Shown piece by piece: positions 56,256 to 64,000 of a stretch of DNA of 64,000 nucleotides (the stretch's first letter is position 1; each line of letters begins with the position of its first letter). Source of the DNA: an uncultured Bacilli bacterium (lineage in GTDB: Bacteria; Bacillota_I; Bacilli_A; RF39; UBA660); assembly GCA_934085595.1 (NCBI GenBank), contig CAKOHK010000005.1:12147-76146 (forward strand). The letters are read 5' to 3'. The translations under genes and the position numbers were made by a program. The notes beneath the pieces are model-generated. The model saw only the letters and a program-made list of their open reading frames with translations, was not told the DNA's origin and ran no database searches.

Positions 56256-57508
56256 TCATCCCCCTTAAGCATATAAATAGTATTAAGTCTTAATTTATCT
56301 TTTAATATAACCACTTCTTCACTACTAATATTATGTAGTTTCTCACGTAATGCTTCTATATCATCTACTTTATCAAATTCACTAATATATTTATTTTCTA
56401 TCTGAGAATAACTATCATCATAATAATTATTTAAGAAAGTATCTATAGTCATTTTAGCACTATCTATCATACTATTAACTATATTTATATCCCCCATCTT
56501 ATCAATACACTTATATATTAAATCTAAACTCTTATCATAATTATCTTTATTAATCCCAGCATATATAATAAGAGCTTTAAAATACACTGAATAATATGAA
56601 TTAACTGTATAACAAAGAGAATTCTCTTCCCTAACTATATTAAATAATAAAGAATCATTCATCGTACCAAGTATAGTATTAAACACACGAAGTGTATATC
56701 TAAGTTCATAATCACTTAATAATGATAAATCATATCCAATATATAATTTAGACTGATTAAACTTAAGACTATCTATTATCTTAATAACTTTATTATTTCT
56801 TTTAATAACAGGAATTACATTAAATCTATTATTAGAGCATTTATAACTCACAATTTTATTTTCTATATAATCTATATAACTTTCATCTATATCACCATAA
56901 TAAAATAAATCAAGTTTATATAAAGATGAAAATAACTTCTTATAAAAACTATATAAATTACTTTCATTAACACTATCAAGTTCTTCTATACTAGGAAGTA
57001 AATCATTTCCTCTAGAACACCCCTTAAACATAATTTCATTAAATCTAGTATTAGCATAATAATTAGCATTATCTTTCTTAGAATTAATACTAGTTACTAT
57101 TTCTCTCTTAGCAACATCAAAATATTCACTATTAAACTTATTATCTTTTACATTAGGATTATTAATAACTTCAAACATTAAATCAATCGCATCTTTATAT
57201 TCAAAATCATCTACATACTTAGGATTAACAAAACTAGAATATATATTAAATCTAATTAAATCACCTACTATTTCATAATTAGATGCTATACTCATAGAAT
57301 AATAATATTCACATTTATTTTTAAGTTTAGTTTTACTATTATATTTCTTACATGAACTCATAAGATTCTTACTAAGCATACTATAATATTTAATATCTTC
57401 TTTATTATATTTAGTTGTAAACATAACTACTACATCAGCCATCTTAAATCTATCTGTATTAATTACATGTAATGTATAATTATCTTTTCTTATTTTTCTA
57501 TATTCCAT
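56252..57508 (-). CDS. M16 family peptidase-like protein lacking the HxxEH motif (probable non-catalytic partner)
   Basis: 418 aa with the same length and fold pattern. Overlaps the next gene by 4 nt. No HxxEH motif seen. Confidence 0.6.
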   Translation of the reverse strand: MEYRKIRKDNYTLHVINTDRFKMADVVVMFTTKYNKEDIKYYSMLSKNLMSSCKKYNSKTKLKNKCEYYYSMSIASNYEIVGDLIRFNIYSSFVNPKYVDDFEYKDAIDLMFEVINNPNVKDNKFNSEYFDVAKREIVTSINSKKDNANYYANTRFNEIMFKGCSRGNDLLPSIEELDSVNESNLYSFYKKLFSSLYKLDLFYYGDIDESYIDYIENKIVSYKCSNNRFNVIPVIKRNNKVIKIIDSLKFNQSKLYIGYDLSLLSDYELRYTLRVFNTILGTMNDSLLFNIVREENSLCYTVNSYYSVYFKALIIYAGINKDNYDKSLDLIYKCIDKMGDINIVNSMIDSAKMTIDTFLNNYYDDSYSQIENKYISEFDKVDDIEALREKLHNISSEEVVILKDKLRLNTIYMLKGDE

Positions 57509-57558
57509 AATCCCTCCGCAAGATTAAAAAGAAGATTACTCTTCTCTTTTATTATTAA

Positions 57559-58269
57559 CTATTTTTCTAGTTTTATTATTGAATCAAGAGCAAGTACTAT
57601 CATATCATCAAGTCTTCTTTCTCTCTCTTCACTACTCATCTCTTCATGAGTAATTAAATTATCACTTATAGTAAGTATACTACTTGCCATTTTATGAAAC
57701 TTTTTAGCGTTATAAAGTAATGCATAAGTTTCCATCTCAGTAGCTATACAACCTTTCTCTATAAAGTAATCATAATTACGTCTATCTGTATAAAAAGCAT
57801 CTGTAGTATAAACTCTACCAGTAATTACATCTATTCTTCTTATATTCGCAGTCATATTTATTATATTATTAAGTTCAAAAGAACTATTAATAATTTCTAT
57901 ATCTTCACTACCACTTTCTAAATCAAAGTTAGTATCACTATAAGAAGAATCAGCTATTATTATTGTATAAGGTTTTAATTCTTCTTTATATGCTCCAGCA
58001 GTACCAATACGAATAATCGCATTTACATCATAAACATCAAATAGTTCATGACTATATATTCCCATACTACCAATACCCATACCACTAGAAAATACTGTTA
58101 CTTCTACTCCTTTATATTTCCCGGTATATGCAAGTTCCCCACGTACTTTATTAACAAGCCTTGCTTCCTCTAAATATTTATTTGCTATATATGTTGCCCT
58201 ATTAGGATCTCCAGGCATTAATACATACTTAGCAATATCTCCTATTTCTGCTTCAATATGTGGTGTCAT
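57559..58269 (-). CDS. deoD: purine nucleoside phosphorylase, DeoD type
   Basis: 236 aa with MTPHIEAEIGDIAKYVLMPGDPNRA, GMGIGS and ATEMET. Confidence 0.9.
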   Translation of the reverse strand: MTPHIEAEIGDIAKYVLMPGDPNRATYIANKYLEEARLVNKVRGELAYTGKYKGVEVTVFSSGMGIGSMGIYSHELFDVYDVNAIIRIGTAGAYKEELKPYTIIIADSSYSDTNFDLESGSEDIEIINSSFELNNIINMTANIRRIDVITGRVYTTDAFYTDRRNYDYFIEKGCIATEMETYALLYNAKKFHKMASSILTISDNLITHEEMSSEERERRLDDMIVLALDSIIKLEK

Positions 58270-58277
58270 AACTCCTC

Positions 58278-60503
58278 CTATTCTTCATTATTATTAGAAA
58301 GTTTAACCAAAACATCCCTAGGTTTACTACCCTTCGCAGGACCAACAATTCCCTCTTCCTCAAAAGTATCCATTATTCTAGCTGCTCTATTATATCCAAG
58401 ACTAAATCTTCTTTGTATTAAAGATGCACTAATTACTCCTTTAGTAATAGCGTACTCAAGAACTTCATTATATAAAACATCTCTTTCTTTATCACTACTA
58501 CTATTGCTACTATGACTAGAACTATTTACTTCAAGATTAGTAAACTTCTCATCATACTTAGGAGTACTACTACCCTTTTTAATAAACTCAACAACTCTCT
58601 TAATTTCATCATCACTAACAAAACTACCCTGTATTCTAGTAGGAGTATTATCATCCATAGGTTTATAAAGCATATCACCTTTACCAAGTAACTTCTCAGC
58701 CCCAGTCATATCAAGTATAGTTCTACTATCAATTGAAGATGATACAGCAAATGATATACGAGTTGGTATATTAGATTTAACAACACCAGTAATTACATCA
58801 GTACTAGGTCTTTGAGTAGCAACTATTAAATGTATACCAGCCGCTCTAGCAAGCTGTGTAATTCTCATAATAGACTCCTCAACCTCCTTAGCCGCAACAA
58901 GCATCAAATCAGCAAGTTCATCTATAATAACAAGTATATAAGGCATCTTAGTAAGACCACAATTAGGATCTTTCTTAAGTTTTTTCTCTACATATTCATT
59001 ATAAGTAGTAATATTCTTAGTTTCACTATTCTTAAAAGTCTCATATCTATCATCCATCATAACAACAATTTTTTGAAGCGCAGCACTAGCCTTCTTAGGA
59101 TCAGTTACAACAGGCATAAGTAAATGAGGTAAATTATCATAAACATTAAACTCAACTTTCTTAGGATCTACAAGAACCATTCTAACTTCTTCAGGATTAG
59201 TTCTCATAAGTATAGAAAGAATTATATTATTAATACATACACTCTTACCACTACCAGTCGCACCAGCAACTAACATATGAGGTGTTTTATTAATCTCAAC
59301 ATATTTAACTCTTCCCATTATATCTCTACCAAGAGGCGCAGCAAGCATAGAATTATCATACTTCTTATCTTTACTCATCGCATCCATTATTTCCCACATA
59401 CTAACAGGAATAATACTTTGATTAGGAATCTCTATACCAATAGTAGTCTTACCAGGAATAGGTGCCTCTATTCTAACTTCTTTCGCAGCAAGCGCAAGCC
59501 CTATTTCACGTGACATACTAGTTATCTTACTAATTCTAGTTCCCCTTTGAACTTCCATTTCATACTGAGTAACACTAGGTCCAACATGAACCTCTACTAC
59601 TTTAGCATTAATATCAAAATCATTAAATACTCTCTCTAACACCTTAGTATTAGATGCAACATATTCATTTGAATTAACTTTATTCTTATTAGGCTTAGGT
59701 ACATTTAATAAACTAATCGGAGGTTTAACATACACTCCATTATCATTACTAATAGGTTCTAAATTACCAGTAACTTCTTCTTCATGTGTTTTATTATTAT
59801 CATTAGATTTAACTTGTAAATCCTCTATACTAGTAATAACAAGTTTAGTATCCTTTTTCTCTTCTTCATCATTCATACTTTTCATTTCTTCAAGAGTTAA
59901 AGGTTTCTTAACTTCTTCTTCATTATTCTTCTTAAATATATTACGTATACCATTTATAATAGAACCAAACACATCAGCTAAAGTTAAATCAAATAACATA
60001 ATAGTACCAAATAAAGCAAGTACAAGAACTACTATCTGAGTACCCTCAACATCAAATAAAGACACAAACACATATGAAAAAGTAGCACCAACCATACCAC
60101 CACCACAATATCTAATATTAGCCTCATCATCATATGAAAGAACTATTTTATCATAAGTAGCATTAAATATCTCTTTCCCTTTAAGAGTATTATCTTCTAT
60201 ATAATTAATATGAGAAAATATCAAAAGAGCACATATAATAGTATAAACTCCAATAAGTCTAGCACTAAGTAAATTAGCAGTCTTTCTATTTACTATAAAA
60301 TAAATCCCTATTATTAAAGCAGCCACTAATAATAATTGATACCAACTACCAAACATAAAAACAGCAAACTTTTTAATAATATCACCAATAATACCATAAC
60401 TTCCAAGTCCTATCAAAGCAATTACTATTAAAAGTACCCCCTTTAATTCTTTAGAAAACTTAAAACTACTTTTAGCTTCTTTTTCTTGTTTCTTTTTAGC
60501 CAT
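58278..60503 (-). CDS. ftsK: DNA translocase FtsK/SpoIIIE
   Basis: 741 aa. N-terminal TM helices, a linker, a motor domain with Walker A GATGSGKSV and Walker B IIDELADL, and a C-terminal gamma winged-helix (ASLIQRRFSLGYNRAARIMD). Confidence 0.9.
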   Translation of the reverse strand: MAKKKQEKEAKSSFKFSKELKGVLLIVIALIGLGSYGIIGDIIKKFAVFMFGSWYQLLLVAALIIGIYFIVNRKTANLLSARLIGVYTIICALLIFSHINYIEDNTLKGKEIFNATYDKIVLSYDDEANIRYCGGGMVGATFSYVFVSLFDVEGTQIVVLVLALFGTIMLFDLTLADVFGSIINGIRNIFKKNNEEEVKKPLTLEEMKSMNDEEEKKDTKLVITSIEDLQVKSNDNNKTHEEEVTGNLEPISNDNGVYVKPPISLLNVPKPNKNKVNSNEYVASNTKVLERVFNDFDINAKVVEVHVGPSVTQYEMEVQRGTRISKITSMSREIGLALAAKEVRIEAPIPGKTTIGIEIPNQSIIPVSMWEIMDAMSKDKKYDNSMLAAPLGRDIMGRVKYVEINKTPHMLVAGATGSGKSVCINNIILSILMRTNPEEVRMVLVDPKKVEFNVYDNLPHLLMPVVTDPKKASAALQKIVVMMDDRYETFKNSETKNITTYNEYVEKKLKKDPNCGLTKMPYILVIIDELADLMLVAAKEVEESIMRITQLARAAGIHLIVATQRPSTDVITGVVKSNIPTRISFAVSSSIDSRTILDMTGAEKLLGKGDMLYKPMDDNTPTRIQGSFVSDDEIKRVVEFIKKGSSTPKYDEKFTNLEVNSSSHSSNSSSDKERDVLYNEVLEYAITKGVISASLIQRRFSLGYNRAARIMDTFEEEGIVGPAKGSKPRDVLVKLSNNNEE

Positions 60504-60504
60504 A

Positions 60505-62217
60505 CTACACCTCTTCCCCCTTTAGTATTCTTTTAATAATACCAGGTTCAATATTATTAAGCACATTAAGTATTAATTCAAGACTCTTCTTATATTCACC
60601 ATTTCTAAATAAACGAGTACTTTCATTAATAGCATTCTCTACTTCTTTATATGAACTTAAATATCTATTTCCATATACTATAACCATCTCATTCATTCTA
60701 GCAGTCTTAATCGTATCACTAGTAGTTTGATATAACTTAAGTGCTAAATCAAGCGCAGTATCAACTCTTAAATTAAGAGTCTTAATAGATATAGGTTTCT
60801 TATCAAGTTCACGTACTATCTCTCTAACCGCATCCTCTGCTTCCTTAAGTTCAACATAAAACTTTCTAGGTATAACAGGTAAATCATAATCTTTAATCTT
60901 ATGTTTAGAGTCATTAATAATAATCTTAATATCATTAAGTTGATCACGAGCCCTACTCTCATCTTCCTTAAGACTACCTAAATTCTTAAGAGTAATCTCA
61001 AGTTTATCTTCTACTTTACTAAGATTAATCATAACAAGTTCACACTCATTATCAAGCTTAGAATAAGGCATAACTTTAATTAAACTTCTATCATTAACAA
61101 GTTTAAAATCATCTTTAACTTTAATAAGTTCTTTATTTATTTCATCTATCGTATGTATTTCTTCATCTTTTAAATCATATACATCTTTTAAATTATCTAT
61201 CTCAGCATATAATCTCTTAATAGTACTAGTTAATTTATTAATTCTCTCTGTTGTATTAATAAGCCCTCTCTCATAATTATTCTTACCATTCTTTTCATTC
61301 TCAAAATCATTATATAAACTCTCAAAATAATCAGATAAAGTCTTTAAATCAAATATAGAATTCTCTAAATTAAGTACTTTAAGTCTATCAAGTATTTCAT
61401 TTATCTTTTTATTAGTTTCACTAATATTATAATCTATATTTAAATATTCTATATTATAACCATCTCTAGTCATCTTTTCACTAACTCTTTTAATATCATT
61501 CATCTTCTTAGGAAGTAATACTTTAGCCATCAATATAACTGTAGGAGCCTCATCTATAACCACTTCCATATTATGAATCATATCATCAAGAACTTTGACT
61601 ATTTTAGATATCTCTTCATATTCATTATTACTTATCGCAACTTCAAATCCACTAAATAATTTATCTATATTTTCAAACTGTAAATCTATTCTAGATGCTA
61701 TATCTTCATAATCATCTTTATTCTTATTATATTTAAATATTATATCCCTATAAACACTCTTAAGCTTAACAACAGCACTTCTATTTCTCTCTTCACTTTC
61801 AGTAAGACCCTTAATCTCATTCAAAAGCTTATTACACTTAGCCTTAAGATGATATATTAAAGTCTCTATATTAACTATTAACTCATTACAATCTTTATAT
61901 CTCTTCAAAGCATAAGCATCATCAAGTTCAACTATCTTATTAGTAACATTATCAAGATCAATATTACTAATCTCTTCAAACTCTTTCTTCCATCCATTAA
62001 TAGTATTAGAAAGTTTCTTATTATTAGCAAGTTTCTCAGCCTTATTAAGTTCAGTAATTAAACTTACTGGAACAATCATATTCTTTTCAGTAGTAAGCCT
62101 ATCAATCGCACTTAAAATACTCTTTTTCTTCTTCTGTTTAAGTAATATAAAAACAACAAGTAATATTAATAGTAAACCTACAAAAGAACATATAATTATT
62201 ATTGAAGTCTTATTCAT
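60505..62217 (-). CDS. ezrA: septation ring formation regulator EzrA
   Basis: Likely start MNKTSIIIICSF at 62217 (GGAGGA at 62224-62229); the ORF extends to 62259. A single N-terminal TM is followed by ~540 aa of coiled-coil repeats, the typical EzrA architecture. Confidence 0.75.
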   Translation of the reverse strand: MNKTSIIIICSFVGLLLILLVVFILLKQKKKKSILSAIDRLTTEKNMIVPVSLITELNKAEKLANNKKLSNTINGWKKEFEEISNIDLDNVTNKIVELDDAYALKRYKDCNELIVNIETLIYHLKAKCNKLLNEIKGLTESEERNRSAVVKLKSVYRDIIFKYNKNKDDYEDIASRIDLQFENIDKLFSGFEVAISNNEYEEISKIVKVLDDMIHNMEVVIDEAPTVILMAKVLLPKKMNDIKRVSEKMTRDGYNIEYLNIDYNISETNKKINEILDRLKVLNLENSIFDLKTLSDYFESLYNDFENEKNGKNNYERGLINTTERINKLTSTIKRLYAEIDNLKDVYDLKDEEIHTIDEINKELIKVKDDFKLVNDRSLIKVMPYSKLDNECELVMINLSKVEDKLEITLKNLGSLKEDESRARDQLNDIKIIINDSKHKIKDYDLPVIPRKFYVELKEAEDAVREIVRELDKKPISIKTLNLRVDTALDLALKLYQTTSDTIKTARMNEMVIVYGNRYLSSYKEVENAINESTRLFRNGEYKKSLELILNVLNNIEPGIIKRILKGEEV

Positions 62218-62282
62218 ACAATATCCTCCATAATATATTTTAACATATTTGTATAACAATTTGTAGAATTATTTGTTATTTT

Positions 62283-62319
62283 GAAAAATAAAATCATAAT
62301 ACCTAAAAATATTATGATT
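62283..62319 (-). terminator. rho-independent terminator after the truncated SipW-signal gene
   Basis: 10-bp stem aatcataata / tattatgatt (62292-62301 and 62310-62319), followed on the minus strand by a T-rich run. Confidence 0.55.
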
Positions 62320-62322
62320 AAA

Positions 62323-62655
62323 TTATATTAATTTATTATAAATACACACTATAACTAATTCTTCTTTCTGAATCTCGTTATAAAGTTTCTGCCAACTTAA
62401 AGTATAATATGCTTCTTCATTACCAGTATTCACTACAGTAATAGTTTTAGTCATGGTCCATCCCGGTTCTATATTAGTTGCTTTTACTTCTTTTCCATCA
62501 GTATATTTAAGTTCTAACTTTGTAGTATCTACATTAATAGTCTCAGCTACATCATTACCACTAACAGTCTGGCTAAAATACGCATAAGTAAGTCCTACTG
62601 TTAATAAAAAAATTGCCACTAATATACTTGCAAACAAAAACTTTTTACCTTTCAT
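62323..62655 (-). pseudogene. truncated copy (first ~100 codons) of the SipW-signal/TasA-like surface protein family
   Basis: MKGKKFLFASILVAIFLLTVGLTYAYFSQTVSGNDVAETINVDTTKLELKYTDGKEVKATNIEPGWTMTKTITVVNTGNEEAYYTLSWQKLYNEIQKEELVI is near-identical to 38408..40474. It then diverges and stops after 9 more codons. Confidence 0.65.
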
Positions 62656-62681
62656 ACATGTACCTCTATTCTCTATCAGCA

Positions 62682-62712
62682 ATTATACAGGCACCCCCCT
62701 CCCCCATGTCAA
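62682..62712 (-). promoter_or_regulatory. promoter TTGACA-19 nt-TATAAT with interrupted G tract (G5AG6) in the spacer
   Basis: On the minus strand, TTGACA lies at 62712-62707 and TATAAT at 62687-62682. The spacer reads TGGGGGAGGGGGGTGCCTG. The same leader cassette follows. Confidence 0.55.
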
Positions 62713-62713
62713 G

Positions 62714-62742
62714 TTGACTAATGTAATTATTTTTGATATACT
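62714..62742 (+). promoter_or_regulatory. divergent promoter TTGACT-17 nt-TATACT for the 62768 gene
   Basis: TTGACT at 62714-62719, a 17-nt spacer and TATACT at 62737-62742. Confidence 0.5.
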
Positions 62743-62767
62743 TTATACATGTTTAAGGGGTGAAACT

Positions 62768-63514
62768 ATGTTAAACAAAGACATAATAAATAATTTAACT
62801 TTAAAGATGAAAGATGAAGAATCATCATATAATAAACTTGGAGAAAAATATGATGCTGAAACTGACATCGAAAAGAAAAACGAAATAGTAGATGAAATGC
62901 TAATTGTAAAAACAAACTACGAAGTAATAAGAGCTGATTTAAAAAGATATTTTGATGCATGTTTAAGTTATAGAAAAGCTATGGAAGCATCCTATCCAAA
63001 AGATCAATTAGTTGAATTATTCGTTAGAATTAAAAGATATGAGAATTATTTAAATGATAAATATAAAATGAACTTAAAACATAACGATGTTGATAAAAAT
63101 AAAGCTGAAGCAAATAATTCTAATAAAGAACCAGAAAAAGAACAAACTGAAGAAAAAGATGAAAGCAAAGACAAGCCACTTGAAAAAGGCAAAAAGTTCA
63201 ATGTTAAAAGTGTTGTAAAAACTGCTAATAAAGTTAAATCATATACCGGAAAAGGAATATTATTAGCAATAACTGCTTTACTTGGAATAATCAGTTTAAC
63301 TTCAGCAGTTAAAGCAATTTCACTATTAACAAGTGGAACATATTGGGTTAAAGCTATATTAGGTGGTGCTGTATACGGATTTCCTGCTTATTTAACTGGA
63401 AAAGGAGCTGTACTTTGTGGTTCATTATTTAATGCAAGTAGAATTGATATTGATACACTTAAAAAACAAATAGAACAAACAAAAGCACCTAAATCTAAAG
63501 GAAAGAAAAAATAA
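62768..63514 (+). CDS. hypothetical protein with helical N-terminal half, charged linker and C-terminal membrane segments
   Basis: Likely start MLNKDIINN at 62768 (AAGGGG RBS); the ORF opens at 62714. C-terminal hydrophobic stretches GILLAITALLGIISLTSAV and AILGGAVYGFPAYL. No recognised family. Confidence 0.5.
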   Translation: MLNKDIINNLTLKMKDEESSYNKLGEKYDAETDIEKKNEIVDEMLIVKTNYEVIRADLKRYFDACLSYRKAMEASYPKDQLVELFVRIKRYENYLNDKYKMNLKHNDVDKNKAEANNSNKEPEKEQTEEKDESKDKPLEKGKKFNVKSVVKTANKVKSYTGKGILLAITALLGIISLTSAVKAISLLTSGTYWVKAILGGAVYGFPAYLTGKGAVLCGSLFNASRIDIDTLKKQIEQTKAPKSKGKKK

Positions 63515-63520
63515 CATAAA

Positions 63521-63546
63521 AAAAGTTGATTTCAAAATCAACTTTT
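63521..63546. terminator. bidirectional rho-independent terminator between convergent genes
   Basis: 11-bp stem aaaagttgatt / aatcaactttt with a 4-nt loop, flanked by an A-run and a T-run. Confidence 0.6.
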
Positions 63547-63558
63547 TATTTATATTAA

Positions 63559-64000
63559 TTACTTAATTTGACTCATTACTTCTTCAGCAAAATTATCATT
63601 TCTTTTTTCCATACCTTCTCCAACTTCATATCTAGTTAAAGATACTAGTTTAGATCCATTATTAGAAAGATAATCTTTAATCTTAAGTCCTGAATCTTTA
63701 ATAAATGCTTGTTCTTCTAAAACATTTTCTTCATAGAATTTATTAATTCTACCTTCAACTATTTTTTCAGCAAACTCAGGTTTTTTACCTTCATTAATAA
63801 CTTGTTCTTTAATAACAGCTTTTTCATGTTCTAAATCTTCTTCAGGAACACTATCTATAGTAGTATATAAAGGTCTCATAGCAGCAGCTTGCATTGCTAC
63901 ATCTTTAGCAGCCTCACTATTATCTCCCTTAACAACTACAAGTGAAGATATCTTACCACCCATATGAATATAAGAACCAAAAACTTCTCCTTCGTTTAAT
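63559..64000 (-). CDS. tsf: translation elongation factor Ts, C-terminal part (N-terminus beyond window end)
   Basis: The frame stays open past the listed Met to nt 64000 (…LNEGEVFGSYIHMGGKISSLVVV…). EF-Ts dimerisation/core motifs are present and the C-terminus is EEVMSQIK. Confidence 0.85.
   Translation of the reverse strand, partial: LNEGEVFGSYIHMGGKISSLVVVKGDNSEAAKDVAMQAAAMRPLYTTIDSVPEEDLEHEKAVIKEQVINEGKKPEFAEKIVEGRINKFYEENVLEEQAFIKDSGLKIKDYLSNNGSKLVSLTRYEVGEGMEKRNDNFAEEVMSQIK

Noticed and set aside
1-64000. Possibility of a Mollicutes-type genetic code (TGA = Trp), given the very low GC content and DUF285 'mycoplasma-like' proteins.
   Set aside because: Full-length conserved proteins terminate at TGA at the expected positions (e.g. 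proS at 29486-29488, rseP at 41054-41056). Trp positions in conserved motifs are encoded by TGG. Cell-wall synthesis genes are also present.

Overview
This is a very AT-rich, low-GC Bacillota-like chromosomal segment. It uses the standard genetic code: TGA acts as a stop (e.g. at the ends of proS and rseP) and Trp is TGG. It encodes cell-wall functions (SEDS protein, class B PBP with PASTA domain, FemAB, CHAP hydrolase), and almost all genes lie on the minus strand. The housekeeping backbone is rlmN-prpC-prkC-rsgA-rpe, eno, proS, cdsA-rseP, rnhC, a PBP, an amino-acid ABC transporter, an M16 peptidase pair, deoD, ftsK, ezrA, tsf, truA and one tRNA-Arg(CCT). Accessory cell-surface content is interleaved with this backbone. 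(1) A Tad-like pilus module (two cpaB, tadA/cpaF, tadB, tadC) is followed, after a terminator, by six tandem stop/start-overlapping paralogs of an unrecognised two-TM protein family with mosaic sequence blocks. This is my best candidate for an undescribed system. (2) A family of four loci (one truncated) encodes proteins with a SipW-type signal peptide and a TasA/camelysin-like N-terminal module. These are fused to DUF285/BspA-like or Listeria-Bacteroides repeat arrays and share one promoter/leader cassette. One copy carries a 13-nt homopolymer inside the promoter spacer, so it is a phase-variation candidate. (3) Type IV filament parts are scattered: two prepilin-like genes sit inside housekeeping operons and there is an orphan PilB/GspE ATPase. 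(4) Two intact ORFs are catalytically degenerate EcfA-like relics upstream of truA, with no ecfT. Other oddities are an orphan HerA-like ATPase, a serine-hydrolase-like protein with Gly/Tyr-rich and DDENK repeats, and a 32-nt-periodic triple repeat upstream of an AAA/DUF4143 gene. All family assignments come from motif recognition by eye; no searches were run.
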